Source: Gammaproteobacteria bacterium | Lineage (GTDB): Bacteria > Pseudomonadota > Gammaproteobacteria > Steroidobacterales > Rariloculaceae | Length of the DNA stretch: 64,000 nt | Direction of reading: 5' to 3' | Assembly (NCBI GenBank): GCA_036563665.1 | Contig: DATCLY010000070.1 | Span: 284 to 64,283, forward strand | Shown: one piece after another, positions 37,615 to 46,949 of the stretch | Layout: every line of letters starts with the position of its first letter | Position numbering within the stretch: the first letter of the stretch is position 1 | Program-made: the position numbers and the translations under genes | The notes under the pieces: model-generated | Told to the model about the DNA's origin: nothing | The model's input: only the letters and a program-made list of their open reading frames with translations | Databases searched by the model: none

Positions 37615-40600
37615 CTACGCTTTCTCCACCCTGACCAGGAACGCCTTGAACTCCGGCGTCTGCACGTTCGCGTCGCCGACGAACGGCGTCAGCGTGTTCG
37701 CCAGAAAGCCGGGCTTGGCGACTCCGGTGAAGCCCCAGTGGATCGGGATGCCCACGGTGTGCACGGTGCGGCCGTCGACGTTCAGCGGTCTGATCCGCTT
37801 GGTGACGACGGCCACCGCCGTGATGCGGCCGCGATTCGATACGACGTGCACCCGGTCCCCTGGGGCGATGCCGAGCTCCTTCGCGAGCGCCTCGCCGATC
37901 TCGACAAACTGCTCGGGCTGGATGATCGCGTTGAGCCGCACGTGCTTCGTCCAGAAGTGGAAGTGCTCCGTGAGCCGGTACGTCGTCGCGACGTGCGGGA
38001 AGCGCTCGGCATCGCCGAACGCCAGGCGGTCCGCCTCGAACACCCGCGCGGCCGGATTGCTCACGGCGCGACGCTCCTCGGGATGCAGCGGGTTGTAGCC
38101 GAGCGGCGTCTCGAACGGCTCGTAGTGCTCGGGGAACGGCCCGTCCGCGAGCCCCGCGCGGGCGAAGAGCCGCGCGACGCCTTCCGGGTTCATGATGAAC
38201 GGCCCCATTCCCCCGGCCGGATCCTCGCCGAGCGGGAAGTCCGGCGTGTCGGCGCCGACCCAGCGCGTGCCGTTCCACTCGATCAGCCGGCGCGCGGGAT
38301 TGAACGGCCTGCCTTGGCTGTCGCACGACGCGCGGTTGTAGAGCACGCGGCGGTTCGCGGGCCACGACCAACCCCAGCTCAGCGTCTGGCCGATGCCGGT
38401 CGGATCGGAGTTGTCGCGGCGCGCCATCTGGTTGCCGACTTCGGTCCAGCAGCCCGCATAGATCCAGCATCCGCAGGCCGTCGTGCCGTCGTCGCGCAGC
38501 TCACCGAAGCCCGAGACCTGCTCGCCGGCGCGGCGTATGACGCGCGTCGGGTCGGCGTCGTCGGTTACGTCGGCGAGCGCGCGGCCGTTGTACTCCTTCG
38601 CGATCTCTTCCGGCGACGGGCGCTCGGGGTTCGCATACGGCCACGTGAGGTTGAGGATCGGGTCGGGGAACGCGCCGCCCTCCATCTCGTAGAGCCTGCG
38701 CAGCCGCGTGAAGATGCCGGCCATGATCTCGATGTCGGTGCGCGCCTCGCCGGGTGGCTCCGCGCCCTTCCAATGCCACTGCAGCCAGCGGCCGGAGTTC
38801 ACGAGCGCGCCGTCCTCCTCGGCGAAGCAGCTCGTCGGCAGGCGGAAGACCTCGGTCTGGATCTGGCTGGGGTCCACGTCGTTGTGCTCGCCGAAGTTGC
38901 GCCAGAACTCCGACGTCTCGGTCACGAGCGGATCCATGATCACGAGGAACTTGAGCTTCGACAACGCCTCGGTCATCTTCGCCTTGTTCGGCGCGGCCGC
39001 GAGCGGATTGAAGCCCTGCGCGAGATACCCGTTCATGCGGCCCTGATGCATCAGCTCGTACGTCTGAAGCATGTCGTAGAGCCGGTCGAGCTTCGGCAGA
39101 TAGTCGTACGCCCAGTCGTTGTCCGCACGCGCGGCGTCCCCCCACCAGGCCTTCTGCAGGCTCACGAAGAAGCGCGGGAAGTACCGCCAGTAGCTCAGCT
39201 GGTTCGGCCTGAGCGGCCGCTGCGTGCGCGCGGCGACGTAGTCCGCGTAGCGCTGCTCTTCCTCGCGCGGCAGCGTGAGGTAGCCGGGCAGGAGGTCCGA
39301 CAGTAGGCCCAGATCCGTGAGCCCCTGGATGTTCGAATGACCGCGCAGCGCGTTCATGCCGCCGCCCGAGACACCGATGTTGCCGAGCAGGAGCTGCAGC
39401 ATCGCGCCGCAGCGGATCATCTGCGATCCGATCGAATGCTGCGTCCAGCCGAGCGCGTACATGATCGTCATCGCCCGGGTCGGCGTGGCGGTCGACGCGA
39501 TCAGCTCGCACACCTCGAGGAACCGCTCGCGCGGGGTGCCGCAGATGCGCTCCACCATCTCCGGCGTGTAGCGCGCGTAGTGCGCCTTCAGCAGGTTCAG
39601 CACGCAGCGCGGATGCTGGAGCGTGGGATCGGTGCGCACGTAGCCGTCTTCGCCGATCTCGTAGTCCCAGCTCGACCGGTCGTAGGTGCGCCGCTCGGCG
39701 TCATAGCCCGAGTAGAGCCCCTCGCGGAACGCGAACGCCTCTTTGACGATGAACGTGGCGTCGGTGTAGTGCGCGACGTACTCGCGCTGGACGCGGTCGT
39801 TCTCGAGCAGGTAGCGGATCACGCCGCCGAGAAACGCGATGTCGGTGCCCGCGCGGATCGGCGCGTAGACGTCGGCGACGGACGCCGAGCGCGTGAAGCG
39901 CGGGTCGACGACGATCAGCTTCGCGCCGTTCCGGGCTTTCGCCTCGGTGACCCACTTGAAGCCGCACGGATGCGCCTCGGCGGCATTGCCGCCCATGATC
40001 AGCACGAGATCCGCGTTCTTGATGTCCACCCAGTGGTTCGTCATCGCGCCACGGCCGAATGTCGGGGCAAGACCTGCCACCGTGGGGCCGTGTCAGACGC
40101 GGGCCTGATTGTCGAACGCGAGAATCCCTAAGCTGCGGACGATCTTGTGCGTGAGGTAGCCGGTCTCGTTGCTGCTCGCGGAGGCCGCGAGCATGCCGGT
40201 CGTGAGCCAACGGTTCACGGTCCGGCCGTCGGCGGTGGTCGTGACGAAGTTCTCGTCGCGATCCTGCTTCAGCAGCCGCGCGATGCGGTCGAGCGCGTCG
40301 TCCCACGAGATGCGCTCCCAGCGGTCCGAGCCTGGTGCGCGGTACTCCGGATACTTCAGGCGATTCGGACTATGGACGAAATCGATGAGCCCAGCGCCCT
40401 TGGGACACAGGGTGCCGCGGTTCACCGGATGATCGGGATCGCCCTCGATATGAAAGATGCTCGGCTTTGCGTTGATCGAGCCGTCCCCGCGGGAGTACAT
40501 CAGAATCCCGCACGAAACGGAGCAGTACGGGCACGTGTTGCGCGTCTCGGTGGCGTGTGCGAGCTTGAATTCACGGACGCTGGCGAGCGCCTCTTGCGGC

Positions 40601-40683
40601 GAGAACCCGAGCAGCGCCAGGCTCGACCCCGCAAGCGATGCCCCCGTGAGCGTCAGGAACTCGCGCCTCGTCATCTGGGTCAT
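37615..40683 (-). CDS. fdnG: formate dehydrogenase alpha subunit, selenocysteine-containing (UGA at 40093-40095 read as Sec)
   Basis: Track ORFs 40093..40833 and 37615..40080 are in one frame, separated only by a TGA: ...[34 protein letters not shown], the canonical FdnG/FdoG Sec context. ATG 40683 follows AAGGGGGA and gives the Tat signal [27 protein letters not shown]. Confidence 0.92.
40050..40092 (-). promoter_or_regulatory. bacterial SECIS hairpin immediately 3' of the fdnG UGA
   Basis: The mRNA reads UGA-CACGGCC-CCACGGU-GGCA-GGUCU-UGCC-CCGACAUUC-GGCCGUG. The outer stem is CACGGCC/GGCCGUG. The apical stem GGCA/UGCC has a GGUCU loop, like the E. coli fdhF/fdnG SECIS loops. Confidence 0.75.
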
Positions 40684-40792
40684 CGAATCCCCCTTCGACT
40701 TCGCGGCAAACGAGCTGATTCGAAAGACAGTATACCAGCGGAGCCCGGCCGCGGCCGGTCCATCATCGGTTCCCGCTCCCCGGCGCGCGCGA

Positions 40793-41707
40793 TCAGCTCC
40801 ACGTCTCCGCAACGATGCGCGCCACCTCCGCATGCGCCGCGTTGCGCGCGTCGAGCTCGACCGTCGAGTGGCTCAGGAAGCATGCGATGACGATGGGCGC
40901 GCGGCCGGGCGGCCAGGCGATGGCGACGTCCGTGGTCGCATTGTTGTCGCCGACGGACGTGCCGGTCTTGTCGCCGGCGCGCCAGCCCTGTGGCAAGCCC
41001 GCCCGGAGTCGAGAAAGGCCCGTCTGGCAAGCCACGAGCCAGCCGATCAGCACGTCTCGCGAGGCTGCGCTCAACACCTGGTCGGCGGTGAGGAACCGGA
41101 CCAGCGTCCGCGCCATGGCGTCCGGCGTCGTGGTATCGCGCTCGTCGCCCGGCAGGTTCTCGTTGAGCGCCGGCTCGATGCGGTCGAGCCGCGTGACGGG
41201 ATCGCCGTGGGCGCGTAGAAAGCGCGTGAATCCTTCCGGGCCCATCGCGCGCTCGAGCAGCAGATTGGCGGCGCCGTTGTCGCTTTGCGCCACGGCCGCC
41301 TCCGCCAGCTCTCCGATCGTCATCCAGCCGCGCTCGAGGTTAGCGGTCGTGACGGGCGTGTAACCCAGCGGAGCGAGATAGGCCTCGTCGAAGCGCGCCT
41401 GCCGGTCGAGGAAACCCGGCGTGCGCTCCTCGATCCACAGCATCTGCGCCGCCAGCAGCCATTTGAACACGGAGCACATGGCGAAGCGCTCGTGGGCCCG
41501 ATGGGTGAGCCACGCGTCCGTCGCGGTGTTCCAGGCGGCCACGCCGAGCCGGCCGCCGATGCGTCGCTCGATGGCGGCGAACCGCGGCTCGTCGCGTCGC
41601 CCGGCGGGCTCCAGCGGATCGAATAGCAGCGATGCCGGCTTCGGCGCGCAGGCGGCCAGCGCGAGGGCGCCGAGCACCGCGCTACGGCGCGTGAGAAACC
41701 CGTCCAT
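40793..41707 (-). CDS. bla: class A beta-lactamase, probable lipoprotein
   Basis: All four class A motifs are present: S-V-F-K (MCSVFKW), SDN, EPALNE (E166-x-x-L-N) and KTG. The N-terminus MDGFLTRRSAVLGALALAAC has a lipobox (LAAC). Confidence 0.88.
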   Translation of the reverse strand: MDGFLTRRSAVLGALALAACAPKPASLLFDPLEPAGRRDEPRFAAIERRIGGRLGVAAWNTATDAWLTHRAHERFAMCSVFKWLLAAQMLWIEERTPGFLDRQARFDEAYLAPLGYTPVTTANLERGWMTIGELAEAAVAQSDNGAANLLLERAMGPEGFTRFLRAHGDPVTRLDRIEPALNENLPGDERDTTTPDAMARTLVRFLTADQVLSAASRDVLIGWLVACQTGLSRLRAGLPQGWRAGDKTGTSVGDNNATTDVAIAWPPGRAPIVIACFLSHSTVELDARNAAHAEVARIVAETWS

Positions 41708-41710
41708 CGG

Positions 41711-42416
41711 CTACTCCCCGGCGGCACGTGCGAGATGCCGATGGAGGAACCTCACGATGCGCGGCCAGAGATCCGCCGACGCGGCGGCGTTGCCGCGCGG
41801 GCTGCCGCCGAACGCGCGCGTGAGCGGCACGACCGGATGCCGCCCGGACGTGCTCGTCGCAGGGAGGTTCGGCGGCATGCACGCGAAGTGCCCCGCCGCG
41901 GGATAGCGCACGTGCTCGAACGGGTACGCGAACCCGCGGCTGCGCAGGCGCTCCTCGGCGATCGCGGCGAGCCGCGCGGACGCCCAGAGCTGGTCGTCCT
42001 CGGCCGACATCATCAAGATCGGGCCGCGCGTTCGCTCGACGGGTATGGCGAAGGCGTCGATGCCGGCGCCCACCGCGTCGAGCGCGCGCAGGAACGCGGG
42101 CGCTCCCGCGAACGGCGCGCCCGTGGCGAACGCGGCGCGGCTTCCTGCATCGTGAGCGGATCGCCGGGCGGCGGGAAGACGGGGAACGGCTTGAAGGCGA
42201 GCATCCATCGGCGCCTTGGTAATCGCCCCCGACCGGCGCGTGCCGCGAGACGTCGACCGCGCCGTCGGCGGAGGCGACGAATTCCGCGCTCGCTTCCGCC
42301 TTCAGCGTGTGATTCCGGAGCTGCAAGCGGACGCGCGCGCCTGGCTCGAGGCCCGCCAGCGTGATCGCGGCCGGCTGGTCGACCAGGGCGTCAGCCGGCG
42401 TGACCGTGAGCCGCAT
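41711..42416 (-). pseudogene. acyl-CoA thioesterase/BAAT-family gene remnant (internal deletion plus frame changes)
   Basis: The BAAT N-domain start (MRLTVTPADALVDQPAAITLAGLEPGARVRLQLRNHTLKAEASAEFVASADGAVDVSRHAPVGGDYQGADG) is in one frame. The BAAT_C end (IDAFAIPVERTRGPILMMSAEDDQLWASARLAAIAEERLRSRGFAYPFEHVRYPAAGH) is in another. The whole locus is about 236 codons, whereas I recall this family as roughly 400 aa or more. The GxSxG nucleophile region is absent. Confidence 0.65.
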
Positions 42417-42523
42417 CGTCGACTCGGCGCGCTTCGACCGTCCGGCGCGTGAGAGCCCTTCCATCACTGCGCTCCACAGCGATCTCGGAGCGCATCATAT
42501 CCCGCCCGCCATGGGACGGTCTC

Positions 42524-44053
42524 TCACCGCAGCGGCAGCGCCCCCGAGGCGTCGTATTGCACCGGGCAGCCGAGCACGAAGCTCCCCACCCGGGCACGCT
42601 CGGCACAGAACGCCTGCGCCGCCTCCGCCTGCCTCTGGACGTTCGCCAGCGTTTCTTCCATCGGCAGCCCGCCCGGCGGCCCATGGACAGCCACGTTGCG
42701 CACGGGATCGAGGCCGTAGGCCTCGATGTTGGCCGCCAACGCGCCGGCCCACCAGTGCCACGTCCATCCGGCGTCGCTCAAATCGCCCTCCATCATGATC
42801 CGCTCGGCGGGCAAGTAGGCGAACACGGCGTTCGCCATGTGCGAGTGGCCGATGACGTGATAGACGTCGAGCCGCCGGGTTTCGTCCTCGAGCACGAGGT
42901 GCTCGTTCACCGGGACGAACCGCAGATCGTGCGGGCTCAGGGCGAGCGCATCGGGGAAGACGACCGCCGGCCGCTCGATCATCTCCCGGATGATGCCTTC
43001 GTTCCCGGCGTGCGAGATCACCGCGAGCCCGCGCGAGACCGCCGCGCGGAGGCCCGCGGTGTGATCGAAGTGGTGGTGGCTCACGATGACCGCCGTCACG
43101 TCCTTGTCCGGAACGAGCTCGTTTGCCGCATCGATCCGGGCGAGCGTGTCGGCCGGGCTGCCGCCGGCCTCGAACATGACCAGGTGATCGGCGAACTCGA
43201 TGACGGCGCCGCCGTTGTTGCCCACGCGCACGTCCCAGACTCCGTCGGCGAGGCGGGTCACGACGACGTCGCGCCCGGCCGCGCGGGGAGCGCCGCGCGG
43301 CGAATCGGGGAACGACGGCAGCTGCTCGTCCGGAACGTCGAGGCGGTAGGAGTCGACCTGGAACATCAAGGTGATCTGATCGCGCCAGTCGAGGCGCGTC
43401 ATGAGGCCGTGCGGCAACCGCACGCCGTCATACGGCACGTAGCCGGTGAAGTGCGTCGTGACGGCGACCTCACCCAGGTTCACGTGCGGAACGATCCGGC
43501 GCGACCACGCCGGCAGCCCCGTCGCGGGATCGATCGCCATCCAGATCGGAGTGCCGTCCTCCAGCGTGAACTGGACGACGGAGCGCCCGTCCTCGACCGT
43601 GATCGCGCCGAGCTTCGTGGCCGGATCCAGCGCCTCGAGCACCGCCGGCAGGGGATGGTCCAGCAGGTCCGCGCCGGTTTGCAGCGTCTCGGTGCGATTC
43701 CAGTTGAGCCCGAACGGCGCCGCGAACGGGAACATGTAGCTCAGCCGCTCCTGATTCAGCGCCCTGCCGTTCACGAGATCGAAGGTGCGCTGCGCGTCGG
43801 CGACGGCGCGCCACTTCGGCGGCGCGTCCGGATCGCCCGTGACGTTGCCGCCGCCGTCCTGATACAGGCGCTGGCCGAACCCCGTGAGCACGAAGTTGCG
43901 CACGCTGCGCAGGCGCTCCAGCCCGCCCATGGCTTCGGCGGTCGACTCGAGCAGCCGCCGGGCCGCGTCCTCCTGCGCAACGGCCGGCGCCGCGAGCGCG
44001 CTGGAAACCGCCGCCACGCTCGCGGCGGCCAGAGCAAAAGCTTGAATGCGCAT
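42524..44053 (-). CDS. secreted MBL-fold metallo-hydrolase with an N-terminal ~210-aa extra domain
   Basis: This is the real part of track ORF 42524..44938. ATG 44053 follows GGAGGGAGG and gives the signal MRIQAFALAAASVAAVSSALAAPAVAQ. The HxHxDH motif is IVSHHHFDHTAG. Confidence 0.85.
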   Translation of the reverse strand: MRIQAFALAAASVAAVSSALAAPAVAQEDAARRLLESTAEAMGGLERLRSVRNFVLTGFGQRLYQDGGGNVTGDPDAPPKWRAVADAQRTFDLVNGRALNQERLSYMFPFAAPFGLNWNRTETLQTGADLLDHPLPAVLEALDPATKLGAITVEDGRSVVQFTLEDGTPIWMAIDPATGLPAWSRRIVPHVNLGEVAVTTHFTGYVPYDGVRLPHGLMTRLDWRDQITLMFQVDSYRLDVPDEQLPSFPDSPRGAPRAAGRDVVVTRLADGVWDVRVGNNGGAVIEFADHLVMFEAGGSPADTLARIDAANELVPDKDVTAVIVSHHHFDHTAGLRAAVSRGLAVISHAGNEGIIREMIERPAVVFPDALALSPHDLRFVPVNEHLVLEDETRRLDVYHVIGHSHMANAVFAYLPAERIMMEGDLSDAGWTWHWWAGALAANIEAYGLDPVRNVAVHGPPGGLPMEETLANVQRQAEAAQAFCAERARVGSFVLGCPVQYDASGALPLR

Positions 44054-44115
44054 CAACCTCCCTCCTCGGCGGCACCCCGATTCTCGCCGGGCTGCGATCG
44101 GATCGTAGGGCTCGT

Positions 44116-45468
44116 TCATTCGAAGCGGAATATGTCGTCCTCGGCCGGAGGCTGCATGCCCTGTTCCCAGTACTTCCGCCAGATCGCCGCCCAAGGACGT
44201 CCGTACATGTCCGGCACCTCGTACTCGATGACGCGGCCGGGCGTCACCGGGGTGGCCGTTCCCTCGATCGGGAAGATGGTCTGGATGCACTCGGTATAGA
44301 CGTACGGGTCGGCCTTCGGGTCGTCGTACTCCGCTATCTTGACGAGCTTCCGGATGATGCGCACCGGCTCGACCAGCGCTTCGGGGTCGTACAGGATCGC
44401 TTCGTGATTGAGGCCGGTGAAGGCGCCGTTCTCGTCGCGCATCGGCGTATAGATCTCGATCGCCTGCATCTCGTTCGAATGCTCGAACGCCGAATGTGTC
44501 TTCCAGCCGAGTATGTTCGAGGTCCACGTGATGAGCGTGTCCTCGTCCCAGAAGCCGATCGTCTCCCCGTACCAGCGCGGCACGTCGGCGCCCAGGCGCG
44601 GCACGCGCCCGTCCAGGTTGAACTCGCGGCCGACATGAATGTTCGTGATGAAATTGAGCGCGCCGCTCGCGAAGATCTGCACGAGCTTCGGCGTCACCAG
44701 GACGAAGTGATCGTACGCCGCCCACTCGTGCCACCGGCGCACGAAGCCTTCCGGCCAGCAGTACTGCGACGGCCATTGCGGCTTGTTCGTATGACCGTGG
44801 TGGTACGCCTCCTGCACGAGACGCGTCTGGTACTCGGGCGTGAGGAGCGACAAGACTGTCGGCACCTGCACGTGGCGCATGTTGAACCAGTGCTCGTTGT
44901 CCGGGACGAAACGCGGCTGCCGGTAGACGCCGTTCCATTCATCGCCCGGAACGGTCGCGTAGGTGTGCTCGGTGGGGCCGCCGCGGCGCCTGGTCTCCGC
45001 GAGCAACGCCTCGTAGTGCTCCTGCGCGGTCCGGAACGGGTACGGGCTCACGATCGACTCGCGCGGATAGTCGCGATCGCAGTGGCCCCAGGGAGCGGTG
45101 CGCGGCGGGTCGTCGCCCATCAGGCTCGGGGCGTTGCCGCCCCAGAGGCTCTCGATCGCGAGCGGGCTGTTGCAGCGGAAGTAGCGCGGATCGCTCCACA
45201 AGTGGCGGTCCGCGTAGAAGTCCGTCGTCGTGAAGAGATCGCGCTCGAGCGGCTCGATGCCGGGCGGCGTTTCGCCGGCGCGCGCCGAGCCGATGAACCG
45301 GCCGTCGCGGGACATGGTCGCGCCGACCAGCTCGTAACGATTGATGTCGTGCCGGAGCGGTGCCGCCCGTCCGACGCTGACGAAGCCGATGTCCGCCGCC
45401 TGCTGGGCGCTCGCCGCCGTGCCCGCCAGCGCGACCGCGGCGATGGCGAGGCGTATCGCATGCCTCAT
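44116..45468 (-). CDS. secreted uncharacterised protein, long divergent member of the 'WEGDTLVV' family (copy 3)
   Basis: ATG 45468 follows AAGGGGGAG and the protein has a signal peptide. The motifs are degenerate: YCWPEGF and WYGETIGFWDEDTLITWTSN. Confidence 0.7.
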   Translation of the reverse strand: MRHAIRLAIAAVALAGTAASAQQAADIGFVSVGRAAPLRHDINRYELVGATMSRDGRFIGSARAGETPPGIEPLERDLFTTTDFYADRHLWSDPRYFRCNSPLAIESLWGGNAPSLMGDDPPRTAPWGHCDRDYPRESIVSPYPFRTAQEHYEALLAETRRRGGPTEHTYATVPGDEWNGVYRQPRFVPDNEHWFNMRHVQVPTVLSLLTPEYQTRLVQEAYHHGHTNKPQWPSQYCWPEGFVRRWHEWAAYDHFVLVTPKLVQIFASGALNFITNIHVGREFNLDGRVPRLGADVPRWYGETIGFWDEDTLITWTSNILGWKTHSAFEHSNEMQAIEIYTPMRDENGAFTGLNHEAILYDPEALVEPVRIIRKLVKIAEYDDPKADPYVYTECIQTIFPIEGTATPVTPGRVIEYEVPDMYGRPWAAIWRKYWEQGMQPPAEDDIFRFE

Positions 45469-45492
45469 GGTCTCCCCCTTCGCGTTGCGCGG

Positions 45493-46449
45493 CTATCGAG
45501 CCGCGTCCTCGAGCCGGACCTCGCCGATCCCGGCCGCGCGATCGCGGAACTGGTTGAACAGCGATTCGTCGCTCGGGACGCAGCGATCCTCCAGGATACC
45601 CGACCACCCGCCGATCGCCATGCGTTCCTTCGGGATCAGCGCCCAGACCTTCGGGCTCGCTTCCCACGGCTCGGTGTAGGTCGCGGGGTCGATCAGGGTG
45701 AGCCGCACGCGCAGCCGGTTGGGGCTCGGGCGGTCCCAGCGCTCCTCCAGCACCGCCTCGTCGCTGATGGGGAAGCCGTACTGGTCGAGCCACTGCCGGT
45801 CGTCGAAGCCGGTCGAGGTCACGACGAGCGTGTCGCCCTCCCAGCGGCCGACCGAGTAGCCGTTGAAGCGCGGCAGGTAGTCCTCGACGTTCGGGATGCC
45901 GCGCCCGTCCAACCAGATGTCGCGGAAATCCCAGGTCCACTCGAAGAGCTGAAGAATCCGGTCGTCCGTTTGCACGATCTCCATCGCGGCCCCGATCCCG
46001 GCGAACGTGATCAGCCGCGCGAGGCCGAGCGGCTCGCAGCGCATCTCCGGGTCGTTGCCGAACGCGGGCAGCACCGCGCGACGGTAGCCCGGATGGATGT
46101 CGGTGCGCTGCGCGGCCGCTTCACTGCCGAGCTCGAGGCCGCGCGACGGCCGGTTCTGCTCGAACCGCCGTTGCCCTTCCGGCGTCATCGGCGGCGTCTC
46201 GCCGAAGAAGCCGTAGCCCGGCCAGGTGGCCGGGTCGCGGCACTCCGGGCAAGGGGGCAGGTCGTATTGCTCCGGCGCGCGGCTCCAGAGCCCGCGAAAG
46301 TCCCGCTTGTCGTAGCTGCGCGTGTCCGTGTCCGACGAGCCGATGCCGCCGGGCGCGGCCGCCGGGCGGTCGCCCTGCGCCGCCGCGCCCTGGCCGAGCA
46401 GCGCGAGCACACAGGTCGCCGCCACCGCGAACGGGCGGTATCGCCTCAT
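45493..46449 (-). CDS. secreted uncharacterised protein, 'C-x-P-x-G / WEGDTLVV' family, copy 4
   Basis: This is the real part of track ORF 45493..46824. ATG 46449 overlaps the upstream stop (ATGA). Motifs present: MRCEPLGLA, GYSVGRWEGDTLVVTS, IDPATYTEPW. Confidence 0.8.
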   Translation of the reverse strand: MRRYRPFAVAATCVLALLGQGAAAQGDRPAAAPGGIGSSDTDTRSYDKRDFRGLWSRAPEQYDLPPCPECRDPATWPGYGFFGETPPMTPEGQRRFEQNRPSRGLELGSEAAAQRTDIHPGYRRAVLPAFGNDPEMRCEPLGLARLITFAGIGAAMEIVQTDDRILQLFEWTWDFRDIWLDGRGIPNVEDYLPRFNGYSVGRWEGDTLVVTSTGFDDRQWLDQYGFPISDEAVLEERWDRPSPNRLRVRLTLIDPATYTEPWEASPKVWALIPKERMAIGGWSGILEDRCVPSDESLFNQFRDRAAGIGEVRLEDAAR

Positions 46450-46937
46450 CGCGCTGCCTCCTCGCCCGGGAGGAGCTTGTCGCCCGTCGGCTGGCGGCCG
46501 CCCGGCACACCGTCGAGGTCCGGAGCGCCCGGGCCGCCGAATCCTCCGGCGATCGGTTCCCCGTTCTCGTTCTCGATGCGCATCACGATGGCGCTGAATC
46601 CGCCCGCGCGCGACGTGCCGAGCGTGAGCTTCACGCGCGTGCCGGGCGCTAAGGCGTCGAGCGTGCGCTTGCGGGTCCAGCCCTGCCGCGCCATCGTCGA
46701 CGGGTTGGTCAGCAGCTCCGCAAGCCAGTGCTCCACCTCGCCGTTTCCCACGACGCGGTCGAAGGTCATCGTGGGGTGCGGGTTCGCATAGTTGAACCAC
46801 GTGACCGTGGCCCACGTGGTCCACAGGTTCTCGACGTCATACGAGATGGCGCTGCCGTGGTGTGCGCCTGCCGGCATCGCAGTCATAACCAGCCCGACGG
46901 CGATTGCCGCGATCGCGCCGTGCATCCGTCGTCTCAT
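46446..46937 (-). CDS. small secreted protein, DUF6152-like paralog 3 (with Gly/Pro-rich C-terminal tail)
   Basis: ATG 46937 follows GAAGGAGGAA. The signal peptide ends ...MPAGA and the mature protein starts HHGSAISYD. It carries FNYANPH and APGTRVKL. Confidence 0.8.
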   Translation of the reverse strand: MRRRMHGAIAAIAVGLVMTAMPAGAHHGSAISYDVENLWTTWATVTWFNYANPHPTMTFDRVVGNGEVEHWLAELLTNPSTMARQGWTRKRTLDALAPGTRVKLTLGTSRAGGFSAIVMRIENENGEPIAGGFGGPGAPDLDGVPGGRQPTGDKLLPGEEAAR

Positions 46938-46949
46938 GGGGTTCCTCCT

